Assembly: GCA_965240325.2 (NCBI GenBank)
Contig: OZ251231.1
Location: forward strand, 248,001-312,000
Reading direction: 5' to 3'
Source: Rebecca billardiae RCC1528
Lineage: Eukaryota > Protista > Haptophyta
Length of the DNA: 64,000 nucleotides
Both the position numbers and the translations under genes were made by a program. Below are positions 57,997-64,000 of this stretch, piece by piece. The notes under the pieces were generated by a model. It was not told the origin of the DNA. It searched no databases and saw only the letters and a program-made list of their open reading frames with translations. Each line of letters begins with the position of its first letter. Within the stretch, counting starts at the first letter, position 1.

Positions 57997-59916
57997 TGGC
58001 GGGCCGTAGGTCCGCCCCTTGTAGTGCCCGGGAAAAAGATAAGAAAAAGAAAAAGAAAAAAGAAAATCGCCTCGCAGAGAAAAGAAAATCGCCTCGCTCA
58101 CTGCCAGGTCGCTTCGCTCACTACCGGGCGCCCTCGCAGCTCCCACTGGGGACGCTCGGCCGAAAACCATCTGCGGCCTGGCGCGGAGCGCGTGGGCGGC
58201 GCGCGCCAAATCCAACGCCAGCGCGGACATCGTGAGGGGATTCCCGAACGGTGTTTTCGCCCGATTCGCGATTGCTGCCCTCGTCGTCTCGCGTGCAGGT
58301 CGAACGGGGGCTAAATCGACGCGTTGGAGCGGTACGCTCGGCGCGTCGACACGATCGTGCGACCTGGGGCGATCCTCGCCCGACGTGCACGTCGAGCGCT
58401 CGCACGGGCCATAGCATCATGCGCTGCGCAAGACAACCACCTCGCACGATCCACCGTCGCGCGTCGGGCTCGGTGCGGAAACGCATTCATCACGAGGCGT
58501 CTCGCGGGCGGGAAGCGCCATCGCACGCGACGCAAGCTTTGGCGCGGCCTTCTGAACACCATTATAACCGGAATGCACACACCGGACTGTCGTCGCGTGC
58601 CCCGGTTGGCAAGGTCGGGCGCATGCAAATCCGTTTGCTACGGTCGGTGGTGTTCCAGAGCGAGCGATCATCTTTCATTTGTCACGCTCGCGAGCTCGCG
58701 GCCAAGGATCGCTTGGCGCTCGAGGACCCACGTCCGGCCTGCATGGCGTCGACGGTGGCCAATGCGACGGAGGGGCAGCGCGAAGCGGCGTACGACGCGC
58801 ACCGCACGCACCTGCCGGGTCTGCCGCCGTGGCAGGAACCGCGTCTTCGCGAGTCGGCGACTGAGGCGACAGCGCGCTATCACCGATCCCAGGGGCGCAT
58901 TCGCGACGAGCTGAAACGTCGCGCGTGCAAGATCGCCGCACCATCCTTGCCCATGGCACGGGCGCTGCGGGACGAGGCCGACGTCGTGAAGCCAGTGGCA
59001 CATGCGCTGCGCTTCGTGTGCCTGCTCGAGCAGCGCGTGCCCACCGTCGATCGCGAGTGGCACACGCTCTCGCACTGCGCGCGCGTACACCGCCAACAGC
59101 TCCTGATACCGCCGCACGTGCGAGTGCCGGACCTGTCGCGCGGAGCGCCGAGCGCCGACGAGCGCTTGGACCTGGACGCGCTGTTGCGCAGCGTGGCGGC
59201 CGTGCACGACGCCGACGCGACCTTCGCCGAGCCCATCGTGCCCGGAGCGGACATTGGCATCCTGGCGACACACGATCTCAGCTGGCGACACGAGGAGATG
59301 CTCACGATCTCCTCTGGCGGATTCGTCGGCGGCGAGGCGCTCGACTACGTCATCGCGGTCGAGATGCGGCACATGCAGCGCGTACGCGAGCTCGCGCGAA
59401 GCCACGGGCTGCCCGTCCCGCCCCGCGTGCTGCACGTTCCCTCGTGGGTGTGGACCTTGCTCATGGGCGCGGGCGTGTACGCGTGGGAGAAGGTGGCCGA
59501 CATCTTTGCGCTCTGGACGCGCGCCGGCGACGACGCCGAGGTGGACGCCGACGAGGTCGCGGGCTTCGTGCAGATCCCAGCGGACGTGGACGTGCACGAG
59601 GCCCTGATGCAGTCGCTCGCCGACTCCGTGGGCGAGGCCGCGCGCGACGCGTACGTGCGCTCCGGCCGCGGCGTCGCCGCCGCCGCGCTCGAGGCTGAGT
59701 GGCAGGCGGCGGTGCTGCGAGATCATCAGAGTCATCTGTCGCGTTATTATTCGTCAGTGAGTCAGGTAGCTCACCATCATCATCTGTGTGTCGCCGATTG
59801 TTATTCGTCATCCTGCCCGTCATGAAACCGCTATAAATAAAAGGCGCGTACCCGCTGGGGAAATATTGCGACAGCACTGGCACGGCCCGCCGACCCCCCC
59901 GCCCGCCAGGGCAGAG
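57997..59916 (+). mobile_element. Non-autonomous Helitron2-like element, copy 2
   Basis: 5' T + hairpin ggcgggcc-gta-ggtccgcc; inverted repeat acggcccgcc 59882-59891; 3' stem gccc-gcca-gggc; end CAGAG; flanks A^T; no TSD; paralogous to 15471-16990. Confidence 0.8.
58743..59825 (+). CDS. TE cargo ORF with partial Ulp1/SENP (C48)-like protease N-terminal segment
   Basis: EMLTISSGGFVGGEALDYVI..RVLHVPSWVWTLL..YAWEKV resembles the C48 pattern (xLxTLxxxxWLNDEVINFY..HFFNTFFYxKL..YxxV); catalytic H-D-C region not seen. Confidence 0.45.
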   Translation: MASTVANATEGQREAAYDAHRTHLPGLPPWQEPRLRESATEATARYHRSQGRIRDELKRRACKIAAPSLPMARALRDEADVVKPVAHALRFVCLLEQRVPTVDREWHTLSHCARVHRQQLLIPPHVRVPDLSRGAPSADERLDLDALLRSVAAVHDADATFAEPIVPGADIGILATHDLSWRHEEMLTISSGGFVGGEALDYVIAVEMRHMQRVRELARSHGLPVPPRVLHVPSWVWTLLMGAGVYAWEKVADIFALWTRAGDDAEVDADEVAGFVQIPADVDVHEALMQSLADSVGEAARDAYVRSGRGVAAAALEAEWQAAVLRDHQSHLSRYYSSVSQVAHHHHLCVADCYSSSCPS

Positions 59917-60938
59917 TTTATATATAGTACTATATTACTATGCATATACGTAGTATATATATTTATCATCAGATTATAATATAACGTAATACCGGACCGA
60001 GCGGGGCGTATGTAGCAGTATGCTATAGTACCCCTCAGGTTAGTAAGCGTTCGCTTCGCTGGCTACGTGATTGCACGCCCGCTCACGCCGTGACGAGCGC
60101 ACCATGGCGGCTCTTTCGCTCGTGGCGCACGGTCGGGGAGCACCCGCGTCTGCGCAGACACACGGCTCGCCCGCAAGTGTGCTGTGTCGCGCACGCGCGC
60201 GCTCGCGCGGCCGGCCATCGCGCACAGACCTGACTGGTCTCACATGCACCAGCATGGTCGTGCACGCACAGCGCCGCTCCACGCACGCAATAAATTCGAG
60301 CGTGGTGCGCATGCACGTACACTCTGTGTCCCTGGTCCACACACAGCGTGTGAGCTCGTGCTTTGACCACGTGCAGGCGCACCACAGACTTTCGCGCAGC
60401 TGCCGCGCCGGGCCGTGCCAGCGGCTTGACAGGCTCAGCTCGTGGGCAGCGCTCGCTCGATTGCATGCTCCTGCCGCGCAGGGTGCCCAGCTTGCTGCGC
60501 TCGGTGTGTACTGGCGCGCTCGGACGGCACCCCGCGTACGCCTCGGGCCACGCGTGGGAGCCTAGCTCCACGCACGGAGGACTCGCAGGCGCAGGCCGGC
60601 GGCTGCCTCACACGGCTTGGTCGGGAGGCCGCCGCGCGGCTACCGTCGAGCTCGCCGATCGGCTGCACCTACTTTCAGCGCACGCTACCGCCGCCTCGCG
60701 CACGACACGGCAAGGCTGAACACGTGACTGTGGGCGGGCATCAGCCCCAAGTACGCAGCCATCAGCACCACGGCCTTCACCTTCAGCGCCGACGATAGAG
60801 CCGCCGCTTGATTTTATCGCTTAAACTTGAGGGCCACTATATCGCCTGCAGGCCCGCGCCAGCCGCCCAGCGGGTGGCCTCACGGGCTGACTGGCGGCGC
60901 GGCGCTGCTCACTTATAGTAGATCGAATAATATTAATA

Positions 60939-60939
<1 letters not shown>

Positions 60940-60997
<58 letters not shown>

Positions 60998-61027
60998 GTA
61001 TATATATATATATATATATATTATATA
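60940..61027. repeat. Compound (TG)n(TA)n microsatellite
   Basis: Directly visible. Confidence 0.95.
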
Positions 61028-61243
61028 ACGACGTGGCAGCAACGAACAAGCGTCAGGCTCAGAGTGCAGCAGACACATAGAATGCGTCCGCGCCTTCCGT
61101 CCAGGTCAGACAGTGCGCCACCCGCAGCCCTGGCCCCCTACGGGAGCGGGGCCGGGGTGGAGCACCGCCTCGGCCTGGGGCGTACGCGGCGGCGACGGCA
61201 GATGCCGCCGCGGCCGAGCGCCTTCCGGAGCACTTGGATGAGG
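61025..61243 (-). mobile_element. (TA)n-anchored dispersed repeat, copy 3
   Basis: Matches 54055-54275; abuts the microsatellite. Confidence 0.8.
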
Positions 61244-61720
61244 GTGAGGTCGTACGGTCGATGTCGCCGCCCGCCGACCTAGCGGCGAGTAGCTCCGGCA
61301 AGCGGCAGCCGCGGCTGTCGCCCCCGGGCGCCCGCGTGGGCGCCTGGATGAGGATGAGGTCGTAGTACGCGTCGCCGCGCGCCGGTCAAGCGGCGCGCAG
61401 CTGCAGAAGAGGGGCTTGGAGAGTGTCGAGTGAGCGCGCCGCCTAGCGCGCTCTCGGGGCGATGAAGCAGATGAGGTTGTAGTCACGATGTCGCGCAGCC
61501 CGGCCCGCCGGCGGGCTGCTGCAGATGCAGTGCTTGATGCTGGGGAACCTGGCCCCCGGGCGCGTCACACCCCGCAACCCCTGCCCCACCTAGGGTGGAG
61601 CGTGGGGCACGGAGGAGGCCAACTCAGCTGCTTTGCCGTATCCGCGAGAGCGGGCCGCGCGGAGTCGGACGCGGATCGACGACAGCGCATCATGCATCAG
61701 CATCAGCATCGGATCGCGAA

Positions 61721-62929
61721 TTAATCATCATCGTCGGAAGGGGATGATGACAGATCGGATGCCATCACCGTCCAATGGTCAGACTCATCATCATCATCTG
61801 TGTCACCGTCGTGTGGCGGCGTTCGGCAATCCGCCCTGTTGCCTCTCTCGAGTCTCCCAACCAGCGGCGGCAGTTCGGGCAGCTGCGGGGCGGAGTCCGA
61901 GACGGTGGCAATGCGGCTGGTGCGTTTGTGCTGTCGCGTGGCTGCGCGTGTGCCCTGGTCGCCGGTGCCATGCTCCAGCCTACGCTTGGGGACGGCGAGC
62001 CGACTGAATACCATGCCGGCCAGCTTGTGCGTAGCGCACCGGCTGGCGCGCGCGTCACCCGGCATGCCGAAGGAAGGCCGCGTGGTGCAGCCCGCGTGAT
62101 CACACTTGGGGCTCACCACGTTGACCATGCCGGCCAGCTTGTGCGTAGCGCACCGGCTGGCGCGCGCGTCACCCGGCATGCCGAAGGAAGGCACCTTGGT
62201 GCAGCCGGCGTGATCACACTTGGGGCTCCTCACGTCGACCATGCCAGCCAGCTTGTGCGTAGCGCACCGGCTGGCGCGCGCATCGCCCGGCATGCCGAAG
62301 GAAGGCTGCGTGGTGCAGCCCTCGTGATCACACTTGGGGCTCACCACGTCGACCATGCCGGCCAGCTTGTGCGCAGCGCAAACGCTGGCGCGCCGCTCGC
62401 CCGGCATGCTGAAGGAAGGCACCTTGGTGCAGCCCGCGTGATCACACTTGCGGCTCACCACGTCGACCATGCCGGCCAGCTTGTGCGTAGCGCACCGGCT
62501 GGCGCGCGCGTCGCCCGGCATGCCGAAGGAAGCAGGCACCTTGGTGCAGCCGGCGTGATCACACTTGGGGCCCTTCACGTTGACCATGCCGGCCAGCTTG
62601 TGCGTAGCGCACCGGCTGGCGCGCGCGTCGCCCGGCATGCCAAACGAAGGCCACTTGGTGCAGCCGGCGTGATCACACTTGCGGCTCACCACGTCGACCA
62701 TGCCGGCCAGCTTGTGCGTAGCGCACCGGCTGGCGCGCGCGTCGCCCGGCATGCCGAAGGAAGGCCGCGTGGTGCAGCCCGCGTGATCACACTTGGGGCC
62801 CTTCACGTTGACCATGCCGGCCAGCTTGTGCGTAGCGCACCGGCTGGCGCGCGCGTCGCCCGGCATGCCAAACGAAGGCCACTTGGTGCAGCCGGCGTGA
62901 TCACACTTGCGGCTCACCATGTCGACCAT
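61721..62929 (-). CDS. EsV-1-7 cysteine-rich repeat protein (8 x 38-aa C-x4-C..C-x2-H repeats); possibly 5'-frameshifted
   Basis: Unit MVxxxxxKCDHAGCTxxPSFGMPGDARASRCATHKLAG with 114-bp periodicity over 62011-62929; degenerate ninth unit upstream carrying a 4-nt CGCT duplication near 62950. Confidence 0.85.
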   Translation of the reverse strand: MVDMVSRKCDHAGCTKWPSFGMPGDARASRCATHKLAGMVNVKGPKCDHAGCTTRPSFGMPGDARASRCATHKLAGMVDVVSRKCDHAGCTKWPSFGMPGDARASRCATHKLAGMVNVKGPKCDHAGCTKVPASFGMPGDARASRCATHKLAGMVDVVSRKCDHAGCTKVPSFSMPGERRASVCAAHKLAGMVDVVSPKCDHEGCTTQPSFGMPGDARASRCATHKLAGMVDVRSPKCDHAGCTKVPSFGMPGDARASRCATHKLAGMVNVVSPKCDHAGCTTRPSFGMPGDARASRCATHKLAGMVFSRLAVPKRRLEHGTGDQGTRAATRQHKRTSRIATVSDSAPQLPELPPLVGRLERGNRADCRTPPHDGDTDDDDESDHWTVMASDLSSSPSDDDD

Positions 62930-63209
62930 GCCGGCCAGCTTGTGCGTAGCGAGCGCACAGGCTGGCGCGCGTGTCGCCCGGCAGCGTCACCCGGACGGGC
63001 GCGCGTGGTGACGAGCTGCAGAGGGCTTGCCACCAAGTGTTGCCACGCTGCCGCACACGTGCGTCCATAAGGTTTCGTCAACTTACACCAGCCGCCAGCT
63101 CTCCAGCATGGTCCTCAGCTTTCGGAGCGGAATTGCATGCCTGCCGCATCCCTGACGCACAATGGCGGGCGCGAGGCGCAACGCGAACGGCGGCGGTCGC
63201 GCTGAGCGC

Positions 63210-64000
63210 CGCGTTCGTTTCGTACAGCTCCTTCATCCTCGTGCCGGAGCACCAGCTCCTCTTCTGCTGCAAGATCGACAAGGTCGCGAGCCAGAACTTC
63301 CTGCAGCTCTGCTTCCGCGCGGTCCGCACGCCGCACGACCCGGCGCTGCGCAAGCAGCTGTTCGTGATGCAGAACACCAACACGCTGCGCTACTTCGGGC
63401 TGGGCGTGGAAGACGCCGCGGCGCGGCTGGCCGACCCGATGTGGCACGCCGCCGTCTTCTACAGAGAGCCGCTCGAACGCTTCGCCTCGGCGTACACGTC
63501 CAAGTGCACCGCGGGCCCCGACGGCGACATGGAATGATGGATGGCGCGCGCCATTGCTCGGAGGCATTCGGCGTGTCGCGCCCCAGCTTCGACGAGGCGG
63601 CGGCAGCGCTCGGGCGAGGGCGCGTGCGCAACCGGCACTGGATGCGGCAGTCTGAGCACTGCGGCGGGCTCAACGCCACCCTCGACGCGTACAAGACGAT
63701 CGAGCGCCTCGAGCCGACGCGCGCGCGCGCAGCCGTCGAGCGTATGCTGCGCGCGGTCGGGGTGGACGTGCGCGCGCTGGCGCCCGAGCTGGATAGGCTG
63801 TTCCCCGACGAGCACGCGCGCGCGGCGGTGCTGCGGAGCGTGTTGGGCGACCGCGCCCCGCACAAGCGGCCGGCGCTGCAGCCTGCGGACGGGTGGCGGC
63901 GTGCGTGGGCGAAGCGGCGTGCGCCCGCCGCGCCGAGCGGCAGCGGCCCCAGCAGCGGCAGCAGCAGCAGCCGCAGCAGCGGCAGCAGCCCCCGGCACAA
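63210..64000 (+). pseudogene. Carbohydrate sulfotransferase (Sulfotransfer_2-like), frameshifted; runs off the window
   Basis: LLFCCKIDKVAS (5'-PSB), VFYREPLERFASAY (3'-PB), then in another frame NRHWMRQSEHCGGL; 11-nt insertion atggaatgatg at 63529-63539 contains a stop. Confidence 0.75.

Noticed and set aside
58251-59825. Fanzor/TnpB in the Helitron2-like element
   Set aside because: No RuvC D-E-D motifs or zinc finger visible
57997-59908. Symmetric TIR TGGCGGGC..GCCCGCCA (cut-and-paste element)
   Set aside because: Not conserved in copy 1 (GCCCACCA), homology continues past it, and there is no TSD; the asymmetric model fits better
60040-60800. Short Cys/His-rich ORFs
   Set aside because: No family motif, several competing frames; probably decayed sequence
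62011-62929. 114-bp repeats as CRISPR or satellite DNA
   Set aside because: In-frame protein repeat with no spacers; eukaryotic context and no cas genes
1-64000. Hundreds of overlapping Arg/Ala/Pro-rich ORFs (e.g. 20198-22378 +, 38854-41109 -, 50864-53389 +)
   Set aside because: Shadow frames caused by extreme GC; they lie antisense or off-frame to motif-bearing genes, and many use non-ATG starts

Overview
Very GC-rich eukaryotic nuclear DNA with spliceosomal GT-AG introns (GTGCGC/GTGAG donors, CAG acceptors), short intergenic spacers and Ala/Arg/Gly-rich proteins. The composition and gene set fit a haptophyte-like alga such as a Pavlovales species; this is inference only. About 15 host genes are supportable: TTLL polyglutamylase, PhyH-like 2OG/Fe dioxygenase, an unknown protein, ankyrin/coiled-coil/chromodomain protein, SAM-type SLC25 carrier, START-like protein, R2R3 Myb, saccharopine-dehydrogenase-like oxidoreductase, ~28-repeat TPR protein, GT2/GT92-like glycosyltransferase, KRE6/SKN1 GH16, LIM protein, an 11-exon Par3/HAL-N + filamin + kelch + LamG protein, isochorismatase-family hydrolase and F-box/RCC1 protein. 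A frameshifted sulfotransferase sits at the right edge. Between them lie TE-rich blocks (about 8.7-19, 25.5-29.4, 31-32.3, 52.8-55 and 58-63 kb). These hold two copies of a Helitron2-like element with a Ulp1-like cargo ORF, a decayed Helitron with a Pif1 helicase remnant, a nested hAT-type MITE/foldback with an 8-bp TSD, and a (TA)n-anchored repeat family. The most interesting items are (i) an array of near-identical 38-aa EsV-1-7 C-C-C-H repeats whose variation concentrates in a di-residue and a short linker, a TALE-like pattern, (ii) the Helitron2-like family, and (iii) telomeric repeats at the branch-point position of an intron. Most listed ORFs are GC-driven shadow frames. No rRNA, tRNA or CRISPR array was seen.
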